64,000 nucleotides of DNA from Raillietiella orientalis. Its lineage: Eukaryota. How positions within the stretch are numbered: position 1 is the stretch's first letter; each line of letters starts with the position of its first letter. The stretch spans positions 2,604,001-2,668,000 of the forward strand of contig JAYWIR010000014.1 of assembly GCA_036172245.1 (NCBI GenBank), given 5' to 3'. A program made the position numbers and the translations under genes. A model generated the notes under the pieces. The model worked only from the letters and a program-made list of their open reading frames with translations, had not been told where the DNA came from and did no database searches. Below, piece after piece: positions 52,794 through 64,000 of this stretch.

Positions 52794-54325
52794 ATCTAAC
52801 CAGTAAATACGGCAGGGATACAGCATTTTACCTGACATTATTTTTAATCCTACCTCATTATTCATGCCTTGTCATGGTATGCATGTCGTAATGGGAGAAA
52901 CCATTTCATATAATTCATTGTTTTGCTTGAATGATAAGAAAAGGTTTAGTAATTCAAACTTTCTGTCCAATTTTGACCAAATTTTGCTGATTTAAATGTC
53001 TATGTTTTTTTGCTTCTTATGTGCTGGATCAAGTAAAACTCTTGAAACCTAAGTGAAAGGAAGCACAATTATCCATTACTTAATAATGCAAGCCAACTGA
53101 CTTGCTAATGAAAACGTACTTAATTCTCATAACAGCATGTTTATTCAAATGTTATTTTCACATGTGCAAAATGAAGACTACAAAGATGAAATAATTAAAA
53201 AACTTCATGAAGCTTCTACACATAGAAACAATGGCAGCCCCCAATTTCATTCAAATTTGATAAACATGATTTCCTTTAATGGTGCTGTCAAAGACCAGAC
53301 AATATTGTATGCTATTGCAAAATGGCAATTAGCTGAATATGTGAGAAATAAATACATAAATAAGGCTATCACAAAACACCGTTGAATTTTCTGACTAGCA
53401 TGGAAATTCGTATAGCCACACGTTTAAGCTACTGCTACTTTCTGCAAATCAGAAAATATTTTCAAATTTCCGAAATCATTTGACAGACGTTAGCATTAGA
53501 ATTTGCATGTAGGTACGAAATTCGTTGCCAACAGAAAAATGTCACAAACAGCGCAAATAACTAAACTCGTCAATTTTATAGTAAATATTCTTAATGATTC
53601 TTTACTTTACTAATTAAAAAAAAAATCCTCCAAAGTATCTACACGGAGCACAGTGGGAGTGCTTATTATAGATACTTCAATTTTCAGAAAATTCAGACAA
53701 CTGACGGCCGTTATGTTCCATATCTCTGAAGTTTTAATACAGATTTTTGCTAGTATAACCAGCAATGTGCATTCTTTCGAATCATCCAAATGAAATGCAT
53801 ACATGATTCCGATACTCATCGGATAACCGATTCAACTGCAGAAAAGACCGAGAACTGAAATGTCATTTAGAAGAAAAAAAAGAATATCATTCCTGAAGGT
53901 TCAGGAGCATAGATTTCTCGAAAAAAGAAAATAAGCTAAATGGATCTTCTATTCAATGTGCATCCTTCTTAGATTTGAGTTTTCAATTCTAAATTTTCAG
54001 CTTTCGTACCTCAATATTTAATTGATGGGGCTCGTTCAATCAAAGGGTGCAACATTGTCGGTAATGTGTCATGCATCCGTTCTTAATAATATTTCCATTC
54101 TGAAGAATCAATTTTTTTTCTGATGTTTCCATACTTGGTCCTTTATCTTGTTAAAAAAATGGTACTTTCATTCTTTAGCACTGTTGTAGTTTTTTAAATT
54201 AATGTATTATCGGTAAACATGTATGTTTACGTTTTACCATTCTGGCATTATTTTTTCCCATTGTTCTTCCTACTATTTTTTCATCTTTTGAAAAATTTTA
54301 GATAGCAGCTATCAAGAAAAATTTC

Positions 54326-55524
54326 AGTACTTCATGAGTTTTCAAGATATTTGTGAATTAGTCAAGTTCTTCATATGTCCTTATGAATACCTTTTCTTCT
54401 TTTCTTTTTTTCACATTCATCACGGAGTCTACATAGATGCTCGAGATGACCTCAGTTTCGTTGCATGAATGCTTTCCTCACACTGAGACCTTCTATAGTC
54501 CCGTGGTGGTTCAAGGAAACTAAAAAAAAAAAACGTCCCGACTAGATTATTGTAGAAACACTAGATTATTGAGTGCGTCATGGGTTTCGAATCCCCCCTC
54601 CCTCCTTCCCCGAAGGATGACGCTGGTGGCCTATTTAGGTGCGGCACTGGTGGAATAACTCCGCTGACTGGCCGGGATTTCGAAGTTGACCTTCCGGAGT
54701 CCTTCCGGGAACCAAGGAGTCCGTTTTCCTTCGGTCCGCTTCGGAGGCTATGTGGTTACGGTCTCCGCGCTTGGTGCCAGGCGTCGGAGGTTCGAATACT
54801 CGGAAAGAATCAAAGCCGACAATGGGGGTACGTCGTGGGTTCGGGTTCCTCCTGCAAGATGACTCTGGTTGGCCCATATTCATTCGGGTGAGGCACTGGT
54901 AGCGGTTCAAACCGGATGCCTCCGATGAGGGGCGGGACAATGGGAATCGAGCTTCGGATCCTTCCAGGAATCAAGGAGTGGGAGTTCTCCTCCAGTAGTG
55001 CAAAGGAGTGGACCTCCATTCTGAGGAGACCCTCCGTCTCGTACCATGGATTTGATGGATTGATGATGCCTCTCCAGAGTGCAAGAAGAGCGCTGCTTCC
55101 TTTGGGGAGCGACCCTTTAGAGAAAACTTGGAAGCGTCCCTTCGGGGTTCTTTTCAGAGGAGTAAACAGGAGCAGTTTCCTTCCCCGGGGGACCTTCGGA
55201 AGATAAATTCCAAGAGAGGATCCTTTCCGGATTCCCTTCGAAGAAGAAACAAAGGAACGGTCCCTTCGAGAGAAAATCAAAGAGATTCCCTTCGGGATTC
55301 CCTTCCTTTGGGGACGGAGACAACCAGCGTGGGGGGTTCCCTTTGGGGACCCCTTCCCAGACGTGAGAGGAACGGAACCCCTTCTCCGGAGCTCTTCCTG
55401 GATTCATAGGGTGGTTTCCTCCCGGGGTATCCCTTATCTTGAAGAATTACTCGAAGTACTCCATGGGGTTTTAAGATGTTTATGAAGTAGTCAATTTCTT
55501 CATATGTCTTTATGAATACCTTTC
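54326..55524. repeat. ~70-bp imperfect direct repeats (54326-54395 and 55455-55524) bracketing an inserted segment
   Basis: agtacttcatgagttttcaagatatttgtgaattagtcaagttcttcatatgtccttatgaatacc vs agtactccatggggttttaagatgtttatgaagtagtcaatttcttcatatgtctttatgaatacc. Confidence 0.8.
54570..55450 (-). mobile_element. Isolated GC-rich copy of the repeat family in AT-rich DNA
   Basis: Sharp GC island aligning to 3864-3954, 4505-4760 and 5575-5855. Minus-strand peptides PLKRTPKGRF..F and WRGIINPSNPW match PLNRTPKGRV..F and WSGISPSVPW of the 4.5 kb and 63.6 kb copies. Confidence 0.75.
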
Positions 55525-57336
55525 TTAATATAACTATATGTAGTGTTATATGCTATTCTTTTTGAAACAGATTATGGTTTTGAAGCGAGCTGACCATGGT
55601 TTTTGTAGGCTTCTAATTCATATATCCATTAACCACAAATAATTGACACCATTCATTTCCCATGAGTGCTCGCTTTATCTTCATTGTTGTCCCCTTAAAT
55701 AGTCGAGCGAAAACCAGCTAAAGCATACTATGGTACCAGTTGTCTTGGAAATGCTTTGCCTGAAATATTTAAATATGATTAGAAAACAAGCTTTGCAGCT
55801 TTTGTAGTAGATACCCGCGGTCATGTCAGCCTGGTCTTGATTATCCCAACCACTGATTAATTAAATCTCACAACGCCTTGTAACAGGCTGCTTAGAGGAC
55901 GCTCATGCTAGTCTTTGCCGACCGTGCTACTCACATGAAGCTAGGGCCACCTTCACATACGCATATGACGGCAAGATTGACTTTAATTCCTTATCCCATT
56001 AAAAATATGATATCCATAGGTATTTCAGCATTGTTGGGATTCAGATTTAAGATGCCACATGGGTTTGGCAAAATCTTGTGTGGTGATTACGGAATTCATT
56101 TTTTGCGAAGGCAAAAACTTTTGATTTTATCCATTTCAAATGATTCCAAAAACAAGATGCTACCTGAGAAAAGATAAAGCTTTGCGGGGAATTTTTTGTC
56201 ATTAATAGCTTGAAAATGAAAGAACACAATGAAGAGAGATAGATCAACATGTGGGATCCAACGAAAAGCAGTGATTTCCTTTAAAAACATGCATTTTTCT
56301 GGATTATGAGATTGAAAGGAAAAACTTGAAAAGTCTACAATTCCGAACATAGAAAGTCTGTTATGAATAACTGATCTATTCTATTCTATTTTTTATGGAA
56401 ACTGGTGAGAAATGGATTTTACGGAAACTGATTTTATATTTGTGAGATTTTTTAAAATTATTTTCACTCATCTTCATTCGTCACTCTTAGAAGACTGTGC
56501 TAGCAAGGCATCTTACTATTGAGTTTTTCTTCAGAGAAGATACCCTGATCAATTAGTATCTGAGTCACAAATCCTGTAGATACAGACTTTGCTTTAAAGT
56601 ATGGCTGATGGAGAATCAGAGGCTTGCGAGGTTGGCTGGAAGGATTCATGGCACGCCAAAGCAAAGTAGAGGTAATTTCTTAACTTCATGAAGAAATCTT
56701 CCAGTTGATGAAGCATATCAAGTTGAAAGTTTCATCTTTCTTTTATGGAAGACATAAGAGGTATATCCAACAGAAGGACGATGTGAGAAGCTTGTAGAAA
56801 TGATTGGAAGTAGCTGACCAACTTTGCTTTATGCTGCATGATCATTGTGCCAAGTACTTGAGGTGTTTTATTCCACGCGTGCACTAAGAATGTTTTTTTT
56901 TTTTGTTGGTGTTTACACGCAGCTTCACCACCTTTGGTGTCAATGTTGGTTCACCAATTCTAAACAAAGAATATATTGGGAACACGTGATGGTGTCAGCG
57001 GATCATCAATGAATTCAGCTCCCTCTCATGCATTATTCGGGTATGAAGAAACGAAACGGCTAAATAAGGAAGAAACCAAAAATTACTTCCTTTTCAGCAC
57101 AGATTATTTCAAAGTTTCACCTTTTCCTTGTCAGGAATGCGATTTTTTTCCCCTCTTCTTTAGCATTGGAAACTGCTCCTCCCCGGTAATTCTATTGCTT
57201 TATCTGATATGTGGCTTGAAAGTCAAGGAATTCACAAAGATGCCGCCAGTCAAGGCTGTTACAGCTCTGTACTTGCGATATCTGTCTGCTTTCCAGCATC
57301 AAGTCACGGTTTAGTCATTGCTTCGTTCATGCGTCG

Positions 57337-60200
57337 CTAGGTGGCTGCTCGTGGTACGAGCATCCCAGCGCTGTGCGCCGCTCGTGTAGGAAACGGAAGT
57401 AGCCGGAGAGGTTCCTTGCAAACGCCTGCAACAGCAGAAAGTCCACGGCCAGGCTTCTTCGTCTCGCTGTTGGAAGTCAGCGGAGCGCTGGTGCGGATGC
57501 TACCCCAGAAAATGCAAGAGGGCTCACCCGCCGAATGGAGTGGAGTTTCTAGGGCGCTCCGGACGGGACAAGTTGTTATCCCCGATATACCATTGTCATT
57601 AAAGATGACCAGCAGTGATCGCTCGAAAACGCAACTCGCATAGGCTGGTCGGGTCCTTCCTAGGTTGGTCGTTTTCACGAGGGCCCCCGGACGCGATGGG
57701 ATTTCCATGCCATGATTTCCTGTGATGAAGGAACGCCCACATGCCCCTGGCGCTTCTGGAACACTCGACCGAATCGTCTGATGAGCCAACCTGAGTCCCT
57801 CGGATTAAGAAAGGTGCCTTCTCGTTTCCACTTTCGCAGGGGAACGGCGCTTCGGCCCATGAGGAACCCCGAGAGTACGCGGACTCTTCCAGGCCGCAGG
57901 AGGGTCCTTTGCAGACTTGGGGACACCGCCTCGCTACGTACCTGTCCAGAGCTGTTCCTGTTCTTCCGGAACCAGTGCCAATCCAGGATCGAGAAGACGA
58001 CGTGATGACCTGCGAAATACGCTCCGGCGCGGAGCGAATGATCCGAGTTAAACAGAAACTGATTGTGCGCTTGTGTGGAGAGATAAATATAAAGTGCCAT
58101 CAGATTCCAGCTCTGACAAATGAGTTCGTTTCAATTGGAACACATAACCGAATTAGGGCTCCAACAATTTTGCGTTCTGGATTTTTTTTCTTGTTGTTGT
58201 TGCGCTAAGTTCATTAGGCGATCACACATGCAAACCACGGCTGTGTTTCTCTTTTTATCAAATTCTGCCTTTTGGCTAATCAGTAGAGGCGCAGATGCGT
58301 AAACGGAAAAGTTCCACTCGCAGAGAAAGGCGTGGACTGGTAGGCCGGACGAAAGCCGGCAAAGCGATCACGAGCAGCGTAGGCCCACTATCGATCAAGC
58401 GCGAAGAACGCTCTCTCCTCTAGTTGCCATGGTTCTGCCGTGGCTCGTGGAGCAGTAAGGTGATACACCGGTAGGAGCAATCATTTGCAGTCCAGCGCAT
58501 GAATCGATACCGTGAGTGCGGTGTACAGCGCGAAGCTGTATCCTTCGATTCAGCCTGGGAAGGATAAAAACCATCTTGATCAACACCGGAGAAGCCGTCA
58601 AGTTGGAAAGAAATAAGGAACAAGAAAAAAAGTAGTAAAATCTGCGTTTCCCATGTGTTTCATCGGTCCCCATTTAACAAGAGTACGTGGGGTCGTGCGA
58701 CGCATCGTGAATAGATATCTAGCTTGGAATGGAGTTATTTCCAAGGTTAAGATACTGATCGTCGTAACTAGAATGCATACTAAATGGTGCTTTCTCAAAC
58801 AGAGTAATTGTTTTACAGTTTCAAAGTTTTCTTTTCCCCAAAAATCATAGGAGAAAGACGTTTCATCTCTAAGATTGTTTATCCTGGTTTTTGCTTGCAA
58901 GAATGCCTGCAACTTTTAAAAGTGAGTGGATCAGCATCATCGGGAATCACGTTTTCTTCAATTAAATCCAAAGTACTTAAAGAGCCGATCAAGAACTTTT
59001 TTTTTCCTGAAGATTGGCGGTGCATTTCCTGGAAAGATTGTATAGTCTTTCATCTTGAAATGGTTATTTCGAGTATCAACTCAACATGCGAAGGAATTAG
59101 TTTTGCCTACGTATTTTTTTTTTTATTCGGACAAAAAATCTTTCCAAAGAATGGAGATTTCATGTTGGCGTACCTCACTCATCGGTCACCATTTCTCCAC
59201 TTGATGTCCATATCTTTTTGAGACACCCTGCCACCTCTAATGAGCCCTTGTAATCGTAGTCGACAGAAGTACTCTGGAGTCTATCAGGGTGGGGGCTCTG
59301 GAGGCCTATGGGGCTCTGGAGCCTTCATTTCCTTCATAACCACAGAATTCCTGAACGTTCTCCATAAATGATTAACAGGATGGAGAAAAAGATCACATGA
59401 AACCGATGAAGGTCGGATATCTGTGAAGGTCGATACCGTATTGAGGCCCAATCCATCTTCCGGCTTTCCGCAAAATGCTTTTTCCCAAGCCTACAGGAAT
59501 GGCTTTTTGATAACGAAGTTATCTGTCTCCAGCAGGAGTTCCTCCCTTCCGTGGGGTGCTAGAGAAAAACTTTATTTTGCAATCCAGACTGGATAACTCA
59601 ACGAGGGCATTTGTGGGCTTTGCAAATGCCTTCGGCACGGTACCGCACGAACTTCTACACAGTAAGTGGATGAACTATGAGGAAGGTTTGGATCGATGAT
59701 GGGGAATCTCTACACAAATACCCTCCCTGCAGTCAATCTGAATCCCGCTCAGAAAAAGCATATAGGTATCGAACGAAATGGAGCAAGCATGCCCGTTGCC
59801 GTACGCTGCTCTTCTACGCAGGCACTGAGGACTATTGGGTAGGCTGGCGGAGTCCCTAAGAATCCCTTCTTCTTCTCTTTTCTACCGCACGCGGATGACT
59901 TAGTCCTGCTAGTCAGTTCAGAATATGGATTGCTCATGGACCTCGGGATGTATGAGCAACCCTTTGACAGACCTTTGAAATAACATTGAGTTCCATCCAG
60001 AGCAAGTCCCACCACTCTGAGGAGCAGCATCTCGCTTCCTCTAGGTAATCTCTGGCCGAGAAAGCGAACCAACAACACAGAACCTACAGACCCGGCCCTC
60101 CGTTAAAGTTAGCATGCCGTCTCTTAATGGTGTTGTTGTTCGTGGTAGAAACCGATTTTATGGAAATTTGGCAATTCAGAGGAGCAGCAGGAGGAGTGCC
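57337..60200 (-). mobile_element. Decayed L1/Tx1-like LINE ORF2 (APE endonuclease - RT - CCHC), interrupted at ~59290-59960
   Basis: Minus-strand remnants in the expected order: LNC and QETH-like (60180-60115), LKKIWTSSGEMVT (~59220), PG*TI (~58880), FEKA (~58795), GVDQDG similar to GVRQG (~58585), TAND similar to YADD (~58485), CPVRSALETPLH...FW (~57570-57505). Confidence 0.55.
59290..59960 (+). mobile_element. R2/NeSL/Utopia-type reverse transcriptase fragment
   Basis: Plus strand: RPI-like (~59445), LQEWLFDNEVICLQQEFLPSVGC*, NFILQSRL, VGFANAFGTVPHELL (59613-59657), EQACPL..LLF (~59780-59815), HADDLVLL (59888-59911). Confidence 0.75.
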
Positions 60201-61879
60201 TCACCGCACCTTTTTTGCTGCTTCGCTCGGCATCCTTGGAGCCGTTAGTTGTGTTCAGCGAAGGCATGGAGCCATACCAAGGGATTCGGGAGATCTACAA
60301 GAGCAGAGAGGCAACTATTCCCACCTCAGAGGAAGGGCTCTACAAGACGGACATACTCGTTCTTCCCGAGAAGAACGTTCCCCGCCCCGCCGCCCTAGGA
60401 ATTCCCCCCCTTCCGCCACCATCTCTCAAGGGATCCTGGTCGCCAAGGTTGCGAAACCCTGACCCGGCCGAGTTTGCCAGCAGGGCGGTGCACTGGGTCG
60501 GCGAGCTGCATCCCGATGGCCGGCCGAGGTCCATTCCCTCTCGAGCAGAAGGTGCTCCTTTTCCTCAAGGACGATCCGATTTCGAGAGAGGAGTCCACTC
60601 CACCGAAAGTGGGTTCTTCTCTCTGTGAGGACCCTCTGGAACGCTGCCGAGTGGTTCCGCGATATGTGGTATGTGGCGGTATGCGGCGATCCCGGAGGGA
60701 GCGAGCGAGAAATTCTTGGCTCCCAGAAGCTCCGGAAGCCTGGAGACCCTTCCCCGCTACGCAGGGGTATTCATGACAGGTTCCGTTTCCCCTCCCCCCA
60801 TTATCCTGGCCTCAGAAACTTGGCAGTGGGTTGCTTCCCTTCTGTTTCCGAAGTCCCGCGTCTTCCGGAAAAACGGCGGCAGAATCCCCCCGACCAGTGC
60901 TCGTCCTGAGCCACCCACTCTTCCTTCCGGGAGGGAAGGAGGCCGACCTTGCGGTTCCGATGACGGGGACTCCGAGATAGGTGTTGCCCATGAGCGAGTC
61001 GGCGAACCGCGCGCCGGCCCTACGCCCCTCCGACAGGGGACGCAACGTGCTCAAGACAGGGAATGGGAGGGAGGGGGAAGGGACCGTCGTACTCCCGCGG
61101 TCTGCATCGCGCCGGAGCTTCCGTTGTTTCCTTTGGTTCAGGGGGGAACAAAAGGGGACCGCGTTCCTCTCGCGGGTCCGGGACGTGCCTGCACGCTGGA
61201 TAGGAGGATTCCCCTGAGGAGGGGAAGGACAAAGTCCTGCCGCTTACCACATGCTCCTGGAGGAAGAGTTGGAAGGGATCCTGGAAGAGGCTCATCCTCC
61301 TCCCTTCCGTCCCTTTCGCCACCATCATGCTACCTGGACGTCTACTCCCCAGTTCGATCCCCGACTCCGCCCTCCTCCCCTAAAGTCTGACTCCTCTGCC
61401 TGCGGGAGACCCTGGCGACCGCGCTTCCGGGAGTCGCGAATAAGGGGCGAGGAAGGAGGTCTGGAGGTCTCCTCGGCGGGTCCTTCCGCGCCTCATCCTC
61501 AGAAGAAATCTTAGCTCTGAGGCAAGAAAAAGCGAGAAAAAGTGGGGATTTTGACGGGATCGCCCGGTCGGTCGCAAGGAGCGCGTGCAAGTGCACAGTG
61601 GCTCTGGGTACTCATGTACCTGTGCAGTCGGCATGGAAGCCAAGTCACGAAATTGAGGTGCACACTTGGAACGTGCACGCGAGGAATGAACACCAGCGTC
61701 ACCTCGCATTTACTACACAGTCAGTGCACGATTGACGTGGTCGTGCACGTGTAGAATGGATGTATGTGTACGCAGCTAAAGTGGACGTATACAGTTCATG
61801 CGTACTTACGCAGCTCTCACGCGCGTTTATTCATGGAAAACCGAAAAGTCACTTGCTGGGGAGAGCCGTGAGCTACCGC

Positions 61880-64000
61880 AGCACCCACTACGCATGAGCG
61901 ACTGCATAAAAAGGCTCTCCTCCCGGGACTCAGGGCCACCGTTCACTCCTGCGCCAGAGCTCCTTGTTTCCCAGGATGATGGCCTTGAGCTGTGCCTCCC
62001 CCATCAGGATGCCCGTGCGTTGCTACCTCAGGAGCCGCGGTGACTTGGGGCAGCTTAGCACCCGTGCCTTCGCCGTCGGGGCGGGGATGCGAGTCTCCTG
62101 GCTCCGAGAGAAGTTTCGAAACTTGAATTTTCGGGAGAAAGGGGATCTCTTCGTCGTTCTCCTCTCGGTCTCTCGATGCCGCGGAGGAAAAAATTCCTGC
62201 CTCCCTTCCGTGAACACCCAGAAATCATCCTTCCAGGTGAGTTCAGCGGGACATCCCTGCGAGCGGGATGCTCCCGGATCGCTCTGCGGCCGTCGGCAGC
62301 TTCCGCTTCCCCTGAGGTCACGTTCTCCTTCCTCAGTCATTCATCAGCTTTTTTCCATTCGGATGCTGATCGTCTGCTTCTCCAGCTCTGTCATGGCTGC
62401 TTCCTCTCTGCCCATGGCGCGCGTTTCCGCTTTCCAAGCCTCCTCGACCCCCTGCGGAGTCCGGGCCCTCACCAAACACGAGGAAGTGAGAAGCAAGGCA
62501 TTTTCCTCGGCCTTCCGTCTCCTCTCCATCTCCTCCTTCCTTCCCTCTTCCCTCCTCTTCAGTTGCAACTTTAGGAAGCGGGAAGGTCTCTTTCCCAGGA
62601 CCCGATGGAATCCTCTTCGCGACTTCGACTCCATCAAGAGTGGAACTCTCCGTCTTCCTCCTTGCTGACCTCTTTTACCGGAGGGCCAACACCGCTGCGG
62701 TGGCGCTGACCACGAATCGCCGAGTGCTCTCTGTTTTTCCAGAATGGCTCCCCGCGGATGCTGGTGGTGTTAGTGATAGTGAGGAGAAGGAGGAGGACCC
62801 GTGGAGATGGCCTCGCATGAAGATAACGCGGATACGGGAGGAGCATTGAGCAAAGGAGCCGGCTGCCAGGAAGATGGACTCCGGACAACCGAGCTCTGGG
62901 ATGAAGGGACCTGGGAGGAGGGGTGGTCAGAGAGAGTTCTCCTTGCGAGGAGGAGGAGGAGGGGAGGGGAGCAAATCGGATCGTCGACTCCTCTCGAAGG
63001 TGCATCGACCCTGATTCCAACTCTCTTGGCCTAAGCCCTATGCAATCCTCATCGCGGAGGAAAGAGGGGATGGGGGTGGAGGTCGAAGAGGCTCGCGATC
63101 ACAGCTCCCTTCCCAAAGTCGCCGAAGACGCAAGTAGCCCATGAACGAACTCCAGTCCCGACTGCTCAGTGGGTTGGGAACCGGTGAGCTTCTGTCCAAA
63201 AATCCCATCTCCACCTCCTAGGAAGTGACGTCCGCCGATCTATCCCGGTGACCAGGACGTGATCTCGGTAGTCCTGGGATGGATCCTGGACGGGGAGACT
63301 TGGGTAAGCTCCCTCTGCTCCCCTGAGCTGCATGGGAGGATCCCTAAGGAAGACCTGTGAGATGGGGATGTGGGACGCTGCGCGCTTGCTCGGGGATGAT
63401 GCCGCCTGCCCGGAAGAGAGCCGAGGCATTTCTTTCGGCTCTCCTCTCCGTTACTTGTTGAGTTCCCGTCTCGTTCGTCGTGGGGATCCCACGGAAAGCC
63501 ACGCTGCCCGTGCTGGAGGCCACGTGGCTGCAGCCTCCGCGCCTGCTTTCGAGTTCCACCCGCGGGATGGAGCTGGTTGACCGATTCGGGTCGCCACCGG
63601 TGGGAGCCGCAGACCCCGAGTGTCCCCGTCGACTGGTCGGGATTGGAGGTCGACCTTCCAGGGTGCCTTCCAGGAACCAAGGAATGCCGGTTGCTTCCGG
63701 GGTTCCCCTCCGTTTGTGAAAATGGAGCTGTCTCCCCCATCCTCAGGGGGTGCCTATTCATAGCGTTCCATGGAGCTGATGGACTGATACCACTCCAGAA
63801 TGTGAAGCTCGCTGCTCCCTCCAGAGAGCGCCTTTCAGGGAAAATTCGGACGCGTCCCTTCGGGGTTCTATTCAGAGGAGGGAAGAAGGAGCGGATCTTT
63901 TCTTGGGGGGTCCCTCCGGACAGAATAAGGAAGAGGTTCCTTTCGGAGTTCCCTCCAGAGACGACTTCTCCCTCTGAAGCGGCAGGGGCCGGCACTTCTG
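61880..64000 (-). mobile_element. Copy of the GC-rich repeat family with a downstream coiled-coil-like ORF remnant (runs off window end)
   Basis: 63170-64000 is homologous to 3640-3954 and 4471-4877; 62780-63000 is homologous to 18520-18750. ORF 62344..62637 is rich in E/K/R heptad-like runs. Confidence 0.6.

Overview
Eukaryotic (invertebrate, probably nematode; inferred from the many 40-70 bp introns and the gene set) genomic window with a three-part layout. An AT-rich core (about 20-57 kb) carries three intact-looking spliced genes: a transmembrane class-1 semaphorin (+, 16 coding exons, 25892-41139), GDP-L-fucose synthase (-, 5 exons, 41165-42311) and the HELQ helicase (-, 46418 to about 52793). 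It also holds DNA-transposon relics (Tigger/pogo, possibly hAT and Tc1). Both flanks (1-19.7 kb and 57.3-64 kb) are GC-rich and filled with decayed non-LTR retrotransposon sequence, nearly all on the minus strand. This includes a repeated GC-rich family associated with C2H2 zinc-finger relics and an R2/NeSL-like RT, plus L1/Tx1-like APE-RT pieces. Two GC3-rich, intronless, disabled cellular gene copies (an AANAT-like GNAT and the 5' part of an SLC7/LAT transporter) are embedded in the left flank. Notable details: semaphorin and fucose-synthase stop codons only 25 bp apart, two GC-AG introns in HELQ, a semaphorin exon copy inside an upstream intron, a ~99% identical 377-bp patch shared by the two flanks, and a possible spliceosomal intron inside the retroelement sequence. 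All alignments and translations were done by eye; no database searches were run.
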